From the NCBI GenBank assembly GCA_937901745.1, contig CALGSZ010000105.1:122028-186027 (forward strand): 64,000 nucleotides of DNA. The letters run 5' to 3'. This document shows, in pieces, positions 10,948 to 19,777 of the stretch. Position numbers and translations under genes: made by a program. Under the pieces are notes generated by a model. It was not told the DNA's origin, made no database searches, and saw only the letters and a program-made list of their open reading frames with translations. How positions within the stretch are numbered: the first letter of the stretch is position 1; each line of letters opens with the position of its first letter. Source of the DNA: an uncultured Chloroflexota bacterium. GTDB lineage: Bacteria; Chloroflexota; Chloroflexia; Thermomicrobiales; UBA6265.

Positions 10948-12381
10948 TTATCCTTTGATGCAGATCTTCGGCCGCAAGTACGCGACGCGGCGCGCCAGAC
11001 CCGCGCGCTCGGTCGCTTCCGCGACCAGGTGGACGTCCTTGTAGGCGCCGGGAGCTTCCTCCGCCGCCCCGCGCAGCGAGCGAGTGCGAATCAGGATGCC
11101 CTGCCGCGCGAGCTCGTCGACGAGCTCGCGCCCCCGCCAGCGCTTCAGCGCCTCATTCCGGCTCATCGCCCGTCCTGCCCCGTGCGAGGCAGAGGAGAAG
11201 GACCGCTCCTCCCCCTCAGGCGTGCCGGCCAAGATGTACGATCCGGTCCCCATGCTCCCGCCGATAATCACCGGTTGCCCGGTGGCGCGATACCGCTCGG
11301 GAATCGCCGGGTGCCCTGGCCCGAATGCGCGCGTCGCTCCCTTGCGATGGACGTAAAGGAGGCGTTCTTCGCCATTGACCCGGTGCCGCTCGGCCTTGCA
11401 CGTGTTGTGAGAGACATCGAAGAGCGTCTCGACTCGGCAGCCGGGGAACACCTGCGTGAAGACCTCGCGGGTCAGCCCGGTCAGGATTTGCCGATTGGCG
11501 AGGGCACAGTTGATCGCGGCGTTCATCGCGCCGAGATAGCGCTGCCCTTCCGGAGAGTAGATCGGGGCGCAGGCTAGTTCGCGATCCGGCAGCTTGATTC
11601 CCAGCCGACTGGCTGCCTTCGCTAACTCCATGAGGTACTCGGTGCCAATCTGGTGCCCGAGTCCGCGCGAGCCGCAGTGGATCGAGACGACGACCTGGCC
11701 GAGCCGCAGCCCGTACGCCGTGGCCGCGGCCTCGTCAAAGATGCGATCGACGATCTGGACCTCCAGGTAGTGGTTACCGGAGCCGAGGGTGCCCATCTCG
11801 CCTTGCTGTCGGCGCTTGGCCAGCGCCGAGACGTTCTCTGGCACGGCGCCTTCCACTCGGCCGTTCTCCTCGACATACTCCAGGTCCTCGGAGCAGCCAT
11901 ATCCCTGGCGGACGGCCCAGACGGCGCCGCCAACAAGGACCTCATCGAGCTGGTCGGGAGTCAGCCGGATATCTCCTTCCTTCCCCACGCCAGCCGGAAT
12001 CGTTCGAAAGAGAGCGTCGGCGAGCGGTTCCATCGCCGGCCGCAGATCGTCGAGCATGAGATTGGTTCGCAGGCAGCGAATGCCGCAGGAGATGTCGAAT
12101 CCGACGCCGCCGGCCGAGACGATGCCGCCCTGCTCGGGATCGAAGGCAGCCACCCCACCGATGGGGAAACCGTAACCCCAGTGCGCGTCGGGCATCGTCA
12201 TCGCCGGTCCGACCAGACCCGGCAACTGGGCAACGTTGGTGATCTGCTCTAGGACCTTGTCGTCCATTGTCCGCAGGAGCTCGGCCGTGCCGTAGAGGAT
12301 TACCGGCGCCCGTTTCTCACCCGGCCGTAGCGGCACTGTCCAGCGATTCTCATCAAGTTGACGAAGCTGAGCCAGGTTCAC
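10948..12381 (-). CDS. rtcB: RNA 3'-phosphate ligase RtcB
   Basis: Motifs GSRGLGHQ, DVSHNTCKAE, GSMGTGSYIL and SASHGAGR. GTG-12381 is preferred (GAGGTG 8 nt upstream; 477 aa) over the track start at 12432, which overlaps archease. Confidence 0.9.
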   Translation of the reverse strand: MNLAQLRQLDENRWTVPLRPGEKRAPVILYGTAELLRTMDDKVLEQITNVAQLPGLVGPAMTMPDAHWGYGFPIGGVAAFDPEQGGIVSAGGVGFDISCGIRCLRTNLMLDDLRPAMEPLADALFRTIPAGVGKEGDIRLTPDQLDEVLVGGAVWAVRQGYGCSEDLEYVEENGRVEGAVPENVSALAKRRQQGEMGTLGSGNHYLEVQIVDRIFDEAAATAYGLRLGQVVVSIHCGSRGLGHQIGTEYLMELAKAASRLGIKLPDRELACAPIYSPEGQRYLGAMNAAINCALANRQILTGLTREVFTQVFPGCRVETLFDVSHNTCKAERHRVNGEERLLYVHRKGATRAFGPGHPAIPERYRATGQPVIIGGSMGTGSYILAGTPEGEERSFSSASHGAGRAMSRNEALKRWRGRELVDELARQGILIRTRSLRGAAEEAPGAYKDVHLVAEATERAGLARRVAYLRPKICIKG

Positions 12382-12401
12382 GGCGGTACACCTCAGTGTT
12401 C

Positions 12402-12896
12402 TCAGACATCGACAACGCAGCGAGCTTCCCAACCCTCAGCGGTTTGCCGCACGGAGAGCATCGTCAGCGTCGCGCCTTTGACCTCGACGCCGCGCTCGAG
12501 CCCTTCCCGCCACGGCTCGCCTCGGGCTTCGCCTATCCAGTGACCGTTCTCCCGGCGGAGGCTGAATTCCCCGAGCACCAGCCCGGAGGCGCGGGCCTCC
12601 GCCAGAAGGGCATTCAGCCAAGTTACCAACGCGAACTCAGGATCGGGCTCGTCGAACTCGATCCGCAACGTGTGTGTCGCGCGGACGGCGCTGCGATCGA
12701 CCATCACGGAGAACATTGCCTCGGCGGCAGCGACGAAGGCCGCCTCGATCGTCGGCCCGCGACCGATGACGCCGACATCGGCGTCATGGCTAAAGTAGGT
12801 CGACTGATCGAGCTCGGCTTGCAAGGAGGGCGCCGAGGAGGGCTCAGGGGATTGCTTGGCGGCCGAAGTCGATTCTGTGTTGGACTCCAGTGTCAT
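12402..12896 (-). CDS. Archease (RtcB activator)
   Basis: 164-aa ORF. Motifs HDADVGVIGRG and VKGATLTMLSV, with an EARCVVDV C-terminus. GGAGGTGGTGC precedes ATG-12896. It lies directly upstream of rtcB. Confidence 0.8.
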   Translation of the reverse strand: MTLESNTESTSAAKQSPEPSSAPSLQAELDQSTYFSHDADVGVIGRGPTIEAAFVAAAEAMFSVMVDRSAVRATHTLRIEFDEPDPEFALVTWLNALLAEARASGLVLGEFSLRRENGHWIGEARGEPWREGLERGVEVKGATLTMLSVRQTAEGWEARCVVDV

Positions 12897-13416
12897 GCAC
12901 CACCTCCACGCTTAGATCCGAGGCCGAGCCTACGATGTCATCGACGCTCTAAGCAACGCCCCTTGCCCGCCGCACCACCGAGGCGACGCGCCCATCTCAA
13001 CATAACGAATATTTCCTCACCATGGACGTGAATCCGACCAGTGTCGCTTCCTCGGCGGCGAACCCGCGACTTCTCCAGAGCTCCCGCACATCGAAACCGA
13101 GAGTGGTAGGTACATGCCGTCCGTGGCAGACGCCGGGCGCTCGCTCATTGCTTTGCGGCAACGTCCTCGACCCTTCCGGCGCGTGCGCGTTGCTGGCCTG
13201 CTCCGGACTCATCTACTCACGAACCAACGCCGGCTGACCCCAGGGCCGGTTCGCCCGGAGTCGGAGACCTATCCCTACCGTACGCCGGTTCAGTCGCACT
13301 CGCGTTCAGAATCGGGGAGATGGCGTGACAAGGTCGTCACAAGTCGGCAGCAAACCGGCCAGTCGATCGCCAGAGGTTTGATGCTTTGAGGCGCGTTGCA
13401 GGCTACCCGCGGCTAC

Positions 13417-14316
13417 TCACTCGACGATGTGAGCGCCGCGAGGAGCGGGGCAGAGCACCACAACGCGTCCCTCCAGGGCTTGAGTGCGAGCGACGCGCTG
13501 AAACGCTGCCTTGACTTGCTCGGCGTCCGCTGGATCGACCAGTGCGAGGATCGAGGGACCGGCGCCACTCAAGCAGGCGCCGACCGCGCCAGCCTCACGC
13601 GCGGCCTCGACCATCGGCGCTAGGTGCGGGAACAGCCGCGCCCGGTACGGCTCGTGGAGCCGGTCGTGCATCCCGGCCGCGATGGCCGCGCGGTTGCCCG
13701 TCAGCAACCCGACCGCCAGCCCGGCGGCGGCGCCGACATTGAATGCGGCATCGGGATGAGGGATCGTCGCCGGCAGAGTCGCGCGCGCCGCCCAGGTCGC
13801 GCTCGTCGCGTCTGGGATGAAGACGACGGCGACCAGCCCGAGCGATGGCCCATCGGAGAGACGCAACGCTTCCGGCACGCCCGCGACCGCCAGGATCGCG
13901 CCGCCGTAGAGCGCGGCGCCGACGTTATCGCCATGCCCTTCCATCGCCCAGGCATGCCGAAAGATTTCGGCGGTTGGCAGCTTGAGGTCGAGCAGCCGGT
14001 CCGCCGCGAGGAGCCCGGCAACGAGCGCGGCCGCGGAGCTCCCCAACCCTCGCGCGACGGGCACTTCTGCGCGCACAGTCATCGCGAACGGCGGCAGCTT
14101 CCGGTGATACTCCGCCGCCAGCTCCTCCATCGCGTTCAGGACATAGTTGTCTTTGCGCGGATCGAGCCTCGGAGCCTCGGAGCCCTCAACCGAAATGCTC
14201 GGCGGAGCTTCGGTGTCGATCTCCAGCTCATTCCAGAGATCGAGCGCCAGGCCGAGGGCGTCGAAACCCGACCCGAGATTCGCGACTGATGCTGGAGCGC
14301 GGACTCTAAAGCGCAT
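13417..14316 (-). CDS. thrB: Homoserine kinase
   Basis: 299-aa ORF. GHMP-kinase motifs ANLGSGFDALG and ARGLGSSAAALVAG. It overlaps the thrC stop by 11 nt. Confidence 0.9.
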   Translation of the reverse strand: MRFRVRAPASVANLGSGFDALGLALDLWNELEIDTEAPPSISVEGSEAPRLDPRKDNYVLNAMEELAAEYHRKLPPFAMTVRAEVPVARGLGSSAAALVAGLLAADRLLDLKLPTAEIFRHAWAMEGHGDNVGAALYGGAILAVAGVPEALRLSDGPSLGLVAVVFIPDATSATWAARATLPATIPHPDAAFNVGAAAGLAVGLLTGNRAAIAAGMHDRLHEPYRARLFPHLAPMVEAAREAGAVGACLSGAGPSILALVDPADAEQVKAAFQRVARTQALEGRVVVLCPAPRGAHIVE

Positions 14317-15622
14317 CGGCCAACGTCCGCTCCAGGGCCGAGTAGTCGGCCGGGATCGTCACGGGCCGGTTGGCTCCCGGCCGAGGCTGACCGTCGCGGT
14401 CACCGAGGTGATAGTTGACCACCGCGTCGGCGTCCTTCAGCAGATGGCCCGTCAGGATGCCGACGACGCTGGCGTCGGGGCGGATCGCTCCCTCTCGGAC
14501 GAGCCGCCGCACACCGGCCAGCGAGGCAGCCGACGCTGGCTCGCAGCCGATGCCCACCCGGTCGATCTCCGCTTTCGCGTCGAGGATTTCGTCGTCCGTG
14601 ACCGTCGTCACCCAGCCGTCCGTGAGCTCGATGGCGCGACGCGCGCGTTCGACGCTGGCCGGGCTGCCGATCTTGATCGCCGTCGCGACCGTCTCCGCCG
14701 TCACCGGCTGGTAGCTCGTAAACCCGCTCGCGTAGTAGGCGGCGAACGGAGCCGCGCCGGCGGCCTGTACCGTCAGCAAGCGCGGCAGGCGGTCGATCAA
14801 CCCAGCGGCCCGCAGGTCCGCCAGCGCCTTGCCGAATGCCGCCGTGTTGCCGAGATTCCCGCCGGGCAAGGCGATTACGTCCGGCACTTGCCAGCCGAGC
14901 TGCTCCAAGAGCTCGAAGACGATCGTCTTCTGGCCCTCGAGCCGGAACGGGTTGACCGAGTTGACGAGATAGACGGGACGCTCCTCCGTCAGCCGGCGCA
15001 GCAGCCGCAGCGCCGCGTCGAAGTCTCCCTGCACCTGCACGATCCGCGCGCCGTGGGCGATCGTTTGGGCGAGCTTGCCCCCCGCGATCTTTCCTTCTGG
15101 CACGAGGACGAGCGCGGTCATCCCGGCCGCCGCCGCGTATGAAGCGAGCGAGGCCGAGGTGTTGCCGGTCGAGGCGCAGGCGACGACGCGGGCACCGACC
15201 GCCTTCGCGTGGCTGATCCCGACCGTCATGCCCCGGTCCTTGAACGAGCCGGTCGGGTTCTGCCCCTCGTGCTTGAGTCCGATGCGGTCCAGTCCAGCAT
15301 AGCGGGCCAGCCGGTCATCCCAGTAGATGGGGGTGTTGCCTTCCGCTCGGCTGACGATGGCCTCCTCTGGCAGTCTCGGCAGCAACGCCTGGTAGCGCCA
15401 GACACCCGATGTCGTCAGACGGGGCGGGAGGTCGCGGCCAAAATCGGCCGCGTCTATCGGGCCGGTTAGGGATAGCTCGACATCGAGCAGGTCGCCGCAG
15501 GCAGGGCACTGCGTCACCGGCCGATCCGCTGGAACTCGCTCGCCACACATCATGCAGCGAACGACAATCGCGGCCAGATCGGCCCCGCCATGCACGCGTG
15601 TTTCGTTGTGGACCAGGCTCAT
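14306..15622 (-). CDS. thrC: Threonine synthase with N-terminal zinc-ribbon
   Basis: PLP-lysine motif NPTGSFKDRG. N-terminal CMMCG...CPACG. ATG-15622 follows GGGAGGGG; the track start at 15733 is less likely. Confidence 0.9.
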   Translation of the reverse strand: MSLVHNETRVHGGADLAAIVVRCMMCGERVPADRPVTQCPACGDLLDVELSLTGPIDAADFGRDLPPRLTTSGVWRYQALLPRLPEEAIVSRAEGNTPIYWDDRLARYAGLDRIGLKHEGQNPTGSFKDRGMTVGISHAKAVGARVVACASTGNTSASLASYAAAAGMTALVLVPEGKIAGGKLAQTIAHGARIVQVQGDFDAALRLLRRLTEERPVYLVNSVNPFRLEGQKTIVFELLEQLGWQVPDVIALPGGNLGNTAAFGKALADLRAAGLIDRLPRLLTVQAAGAAPFAAYYASGFTSYQPVTAETVATAIKIGSPASVERARRAIELTDGWVTTVTDDEILDAKAEIDRVGIGCEPASAASLAGVRRLVREGAIRPDASVVGILTGHLLKDADAVVNYHLGDRDGQPRPGANRPVTIPADYSALERTLADAL

Positions 15623-15826
15623 CGCCCCTCCCGACGCCGACCGCACCGGACTGTGCCGGGGGAGTGTTTCATTGCTGAGAGGATACCACGGCAGGGCCTG
15701 CCACCCGGCGTCAAAGCCAGCCGAGAAGGGCACTCTAGCTAGAGTGCGGCGAGTACAGAGTGCAAGACGCCCCGGAGCGCGCGGTCGAGTCCGGCTACTC
15801 CGGGGCGTTGATTGGCGGACGAGTGT

Positions 15827-16534
15827 CTATTCCTGGACGCGATGCGCGCGAACGACGGTGCGCTGCAGGTAGACTCCGTTCGTGTAGTCGAACGGGCCGC
15901 CGCAGGTGATGAGCGTAAGGTTCTCCTCTTCGGTCGGCCCAACGATGTCCTGGATCGGCGCGTTGGCGCTGTCGTAGTTGCGCACCCAATCCACTTCGTA
16001 GACGTACGTCTTCCCGTCCTCGCCAACAATCTCGACCTGATCCCCTTCGGCCAGCTGGGCGATGTTGTAGAAGACCGCCGGGCCGACATCCCAGTAGTCG
16101 AGGTGGCCGGCCATAACTATGTTACCGACCTCGCCGAGCCGCGCCGTCTCCTTGTACCACGAGACGACCCACGGTCCAGTCGGATCCTGCATCACGCCGT
16201 CAACGATCTCGATCGTCTCGATCTCGGCTTCTATGCCGATCTTTTCGATCGAAATCGAGACGGGACGCGGCCCGCGAATCCGCGCCGTCTGCGCCGGCGC
16301 GATTCCGATCGGTCCCGGCCGGAGTGCGCCGGTTGTCGGCACCTCACCGACCAAAGTCGAGACGATCCGCTGTTGCTGTTGCTGTTGCTGCTGTTGCTCC
16401 TCCTGCTCATCGTCCTGCGCGGCAGCCGTCGCGGTCATCCCGAACAGCATCGCGACGACCGCTAGCAGCACGCCAATGTGGCCAATCCGGCGCGATAGTC
16501 CCGACTCGAACCCCGATGCCCGCGTCCTCTTCAT
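15827..16534 (-). CDS. Sortase-family transpeptidase with N-terminal membrane anchor and poly-Gln linker
   Basis: 235-aa ORF. Catalytic TLITCGG (TLxTC), conserved His in MAGHLDY, N-terminal hydrophobic anchor. Confidence 0.8.
   Translation of the reverse strand: MKRTRASGFESGLSRRIGHIGVLLAVVAMLFGMTATAAAQDDEQEEQQQQQQQQQRIVSTLVGEVPTTGALRPGPIGIAPAQTARIRGPRPVSISIEKIGIEAEIETIEIVDGVMQDPTGPWVVSWYKETARLGEVGNIVMAGHLDYWDVGPAVFYNIAQLAEGDQVEIVGEDGKTYVYEVDWVRNYDSANAPIQDIVGPTEEENLTLITCGGPFDYTNGVYLQRTVVRAHRVQE
16370..16396. repeat. (CTG/TTG)9 trinucleotide tract encoding Gln9 on the minus strand
   Basis: ctgttgctgttgctgttgctgctgttg read directly from the sequence. It translates as QQQQQQQQQ inside the sortase linker (DDEQEEQ9R). 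Confidence 0.9.
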
Positions 16535-16700
16535 GGCCTCGCTCCGCTGTGGCTTCGTGCCTCTGTCTCGTCAGGTCAGCGCCGCGGTACTCCGTCGGCG
16601 ACCGCTCTGTCGTCCTTTCAAACGCTTCACGCGCAACAATCGTATCACTACCACGAGTAACCACGTATACCGTCTCGCCCAATCGGCGCGATCGGCGAAG

Positions 16701-17594
16701 TCAACCACCCAGACGCGCGTCAAGCCAGCGGGCAAGCTGCGTGCGCGATATTTCGTCCAACTCGGCCGCCGGCTGCCGCTGCATGGCGGTGCGGAAGACG
16801 CCCCGCCGGCGCAACTCCTCTTTCGCGGCGGCGACAGAGTAATCCACCGACTGCATGGTCCAGACGACGAACGGCAGCTCGGCGTGGAAGCGCGCCGTAG
16901 CATCCTGGATCTCGCCGCGCTCATAGAGCCGCTGGACGTCGGCGAAGAGGCGGGTGAAGTTCGGCGCCGGCATGGTCCCAACGCTGCCGCGCTCCAGCGC
17001 GTCGAGGACGCCCACACCGCCCCAGCCACTGAAGACGCGCAGCCGCCCTCCGCTTTCCCGCAGCGTGGCGGAGATCGTCTGCCCCTGGGGCATCCCCTCC
17101 ACCTTCACGGCGCAGATGTTTGGCGCTTCCTCGTTGAGTCGCACCCAGAGTGATGGCGACATCGCGACGCCGGTCAGCTGCGGCGCATCCTGGACGATCA
17201 GCGGCAGCTCAGCCACTCGGGCAATGCGCAGGTAGTAGTCGCGCAGCCCCTCGGCGCTAGGCTTGACGAAAGACGGCGGCAGCGCCATCAGCGCATCGGC
17301 GCCGAGCGCGGCCGCCCTCCGTGCCCGATCGGCCGCAACCTCCGTCCCGTCGCCGCCCACCGAGATCACGACCGGCACCCGCCGCCCGGTCGCCGCCACC
17401 GTCACGCGGGTGACCTCATCCCGTTCTGCTTCAGTCAGCTTGTAGCCCTCGCTCGCGATCGCCAGCGCAACCACGCCGCTGGCCCCTTCCGCGATCACCC
17501 ACTCGACCTCGCGCTCCAAGCTCTCAAGGTCGAGCGCGCCATCCTCGGTGAAGGGCGTGCAGAGGATCGGGTAACAGCCGCGAAGCTCAGTCAT
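16701..17594 (-). CDS. DapA/DHDPS-family lyase (likely 2-keto-3-deoxy sugar-acid aldolase or dehydratase)
   Basis: Family pattern PILCTPFTEDGALD...GVVALAIASEGYKLT...CAVKVEG. ATG-17594 overlaps the upstream stop by 8 nt; the track start at 17639 is less likely. Confidence 0.8.
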   Translation of the reverse strand: MTELRGCYPILCTPFTEDGALDLESLEREVEWVIAEGASGVVALAIASEGYKLTEAERDEVTRVTVAATGRRVPVVISVGGDGTEVAADRARRAAALGADALMALPPSFVKPSAEGLRDYYLRIARVAELPLIVQDAPQLTGVAMSPSLWVRLNEEAPNICAVKVEGMPQGQTISATLRESGGRLRVFSGWGGVGVLDALERGSVGTMPAPNFTRLFADVQRLYERGEIQDATARFHAELPFVVWTMQSVDYSVAAAKEELRRRGVFRTAMQRQPAAELDEISRTQLARWLDARLGG

Positions 17595-18840
17595 CGTCGC
17601 CAGATTCTTCGGCCGCGTCTTCGGCGGCTGGCTGCGCATCTTCCGCCGCTGGCTTCGCGTCCTCGTCGGCCGCGGCCACTGCCGCCGGCTTCGCGCCCTC
17701 CCGGCGCTCCCAGCCAGGCGCGAAGAGCGGCAAGAAGTTGGAGACCTGGTACGGGTGCTTCTCCAGCTCAGGCCAGTTGAGATCGGTGCCGAGTCCTGGC
17801 TCAGTCGGCACCTCGATGCGACCGTCCACCACGCGCACCGGGTTCGTCACGATCTCCCGCTCCCAGGAGACGTTGAACTCGTCGAACAGCTCCTGCACGA
17901 GCGTGTTCGGACTGCAAGCGCAGATCTGAACGCAGACAGCGGTCGAGACCGGCCCCTGCGCCTGGTGCGGCGCGATCACCGCGTAGTGGGCATCGGCCAT
18001 CATGCAGACGGCGCGCGTCTTGAGGATGCCGCCAAGGTTGCTCGGGTCCGGCTGGAGGATGTGCACGGCGTTGTGCTTGAGCAGCTCGGCGAACTGGTGA
18101 GTCGTGGTGAAGCTTTCGCCGCACGCCACCGGGATATCGATCCGTTTCGCGACTTCAGCCGTGGCGTCGATCTTGGTATGGTCGGTCGGTTCCTCGAACC
18201 AGGTTGGCTCGGAGTCCTCCAGCATCTCGCCAACGACGATCGCCTCCGCCACGCTGAACCGGCGGTGCCCCTCGATCATGATCTGGACACTCGGGCCGAC
18301 CGTTTCGCGAACCGCCTCTACGATCTCGATCGAGAGCCGGCGGTCGTCCGGGTCCATCGTCCGCCACGCCGCGCCGAAGGGATCGAACTTGAGCGCCTTG
18401 TAACCGCGCTCGATCACCGCTTGCGCCTTTTCCGCGAACGACTCGGGTGTGCGCGGCCCGGCGTACCAGCCATTGGCGTAGGCGGGGATCGTTTCGTGGT
18501 AGCGGCCGCCGAGCAGGTCGTAGATCGGCCGCCCGGTCACCTTGCCGATGATGTCCCAGCAGGCGATCTCGATCGCGGCGACGGCATTCATGTGAATTTG
18601 CGCGCCCTCGGAGTAGACGTCGCGCGTCATCCGCTGGTAGATCGTCTCGACCTGGAACGGGTCCATCCCCTCGTAGCGCGGCGCGAGCTCGTGGATCGCC
18701 GCCTCGACCGTCTTCGCAAAGGCGTTCAGCGAGCCTTCGCCGATGCCGTACAGCCCGGGCTGATCCGTGTCGAGCCGCACGAAGAGCCAGTTCTTCCAGG
18801 GATTCCCGACGATATACGTCGTCGCTCGCGTTATGCGCAC
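17587..18840 (-). CDS. Enolase-superfamily dehydratase (galactonate/mannonate dehydratase-like)
   Basis: 417-aa ORF. N-terminal MRITRATTYIV...GIGEGS, plus ALKFDPFG, MIEGHRRF and WFEEP blocks. It carries an acidic Ala/Pro-rich C-terminal tail. Confidence 0.85.
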   Translation of the reverse strand: MRITRATTYIVGNPWKNWLFVRLDTDQPGLYGIGEGSLNAFAKTVEAAIHELAPRYEGMDPFQVETIYQRMTRDVYSEGAQIHMNAVAAIEIACWDIIGKVTGRPIYDLLGGRYHETIPAYANGWYAGPRTPESFAEKAQAVIERGYKALKFDPFGAAWRTMDPDDRRLSIEIVEAVRETVGPSVQIMIEGHRRFSVAEAIVVGEMLEDSEPTWFEEPTDHTKIDATAEVAKRIDIPVACGESFTTTHQFAELLKHNAVHILQPDPSNLGGILKTRAVCMMADAHYAVIAPHQAQGPVSTAVCVQICACSPNTLVQELFDEFNVSWEREIVTNPVRVVDGRIEVPTEPGLGTDLNWPELEKHPYQVSNFLPLFAPGWERREGAKPAAVAAADEDAKPAAEDAQPAAEDAAEESGDDD

Positions 18841-18867
18841 GGTGGCTCCCTCTCCCCAATGGCCGCG

Positions 18868-19725
18868 CTAGAGCAGCGGCGCCCCCTCGATGCCAACTGG
18901 GATCTGAGTGATGTGCCAGCGCCCGAGATTGGCGGTGAACAGGTCCGTCCCCCGAAAGGCGATGTTCGTCGGGTGGCACATCGTGTGTGCCTCGGGGTCA
19001 TCAATCAGCAACTCGAGCTTTCCGTCCGGGCTCGCGCGGAAGATACGCGACGGCTCGTAGCAGGCGATGTAGAGGTTGCCCTGCACGTCGAGCGCCAGGC
19101 CATCCGGCAGACGCTCGATCCCCTCGATGAAGACCTCAATCTGCCCCGGGCTGCCATCGGGCAAGATCGGAATGCGGGAGATGCGCCGGGCGAAGGTCTC
19201 GACAACGTAGAGCGTCGAGCGATCGAGCGAGAGGGCCATGCCGTTGGCGAAGTTCAACGTCTCGGCGTACCACAGGCTGCCTTGCCCGGTGGCGAGATCG
19301 AACCGCCAGATTCCGGGTCCCGGCGTGCCGAAGGCGTGGCTGTCGGAGACGTAGAGGCAATTGCGCACCGGATCGACGACGGGATAGTTCGGGATCTGAA
19401 TCTGCCGCCCGTCACCGCCAGTCGCCCACTGCTCTAGGCGCTTCGACTTCGGATCCAGGCGGAAGACCGCCTTGTGCCCGAGATCGCAGACATAGAGCAG
19501 ACCTTCGCGGTCAAAGGCCATGCCGACGGTGAATCCACCGGTATTGGCAACGATCTCGATGGACGAGCCATCCGGCGCGAGCCGGTAGATCTCGCCCCCG
19601 TCACCGCCGCACCAAACCGCGCCATCAGCGGCGACGGCTACCCCCTCCGGGTGCTTGAGGCGGATCGGTCCCAGCGTCCCATCGAAGAAGATGCGCGCCT
19701 GGCTCAACGGAATGACCGGCTCCAC
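18868..19725 (-). CDS. SMP-30/gluconolactonase/LRE-like lactonase
   Basis: Beta-propeller repeats PEGVAVAADGAVW, NGMALSLDRSTLYVVET and PDGLALDVQGNLYIA. GTG-19725 follows AAGGAGGGGG; the track start at 19806 would overlap the upstream gene. Confidence 0.8.
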   Translation of the reverse strand: MEPVIPLSQARIFFDGTLGPIRLKHPEGVAVAADGAVWCGGDGGEIYRLAPDGSSIEIVANTGGFTVGMAFDREGLLYVCDLGHKAVFRLDPKSKRLEQWATGGDGRQIQIPNYPVVDPVRNCLYVSDSHAFGTPGPGIWRFDLATGQGSLWYAETLNFANGMALSLDRSTLYVVETFARRISRIPILPDGSPGQIEVFIEGIERLPDGLALDVQGNLYIACYEPSRIFRASPDGKLELLIDDPEAHTMCHPTNIAFRGTDLFTANLGRWHITQIPVGIEGAPLL

Positions 19726-19777
19726 TCGCCCCCTCCTTTCCCTACAAGCGTCGCCATCCGTCCCGCTCGTGACATGA

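Noticed and set aside
13040-13300. RNase P RNA-like strings on the minus strand (GAGTCCGG, GCCAGCAACGC, GCCACGGACGGCATGTACC, ACTGAACCGGCGTA)
   Set aside because: The P4-like 3' element lies 5' of the P4-like 5' element, which is the wrong order. The two strings are not complementary as P4 requires, and other universal blocks are missing. I judge this a chance resemblance in GC-rich DNA.
17755-19437. 560-aa plus-strand ORF
   Set aside because: It is antisense to the enolase-superfamily dehydratase and the lactonase. It has no recognisable domains and shows the composition bias of a GC-rich antisense frame.
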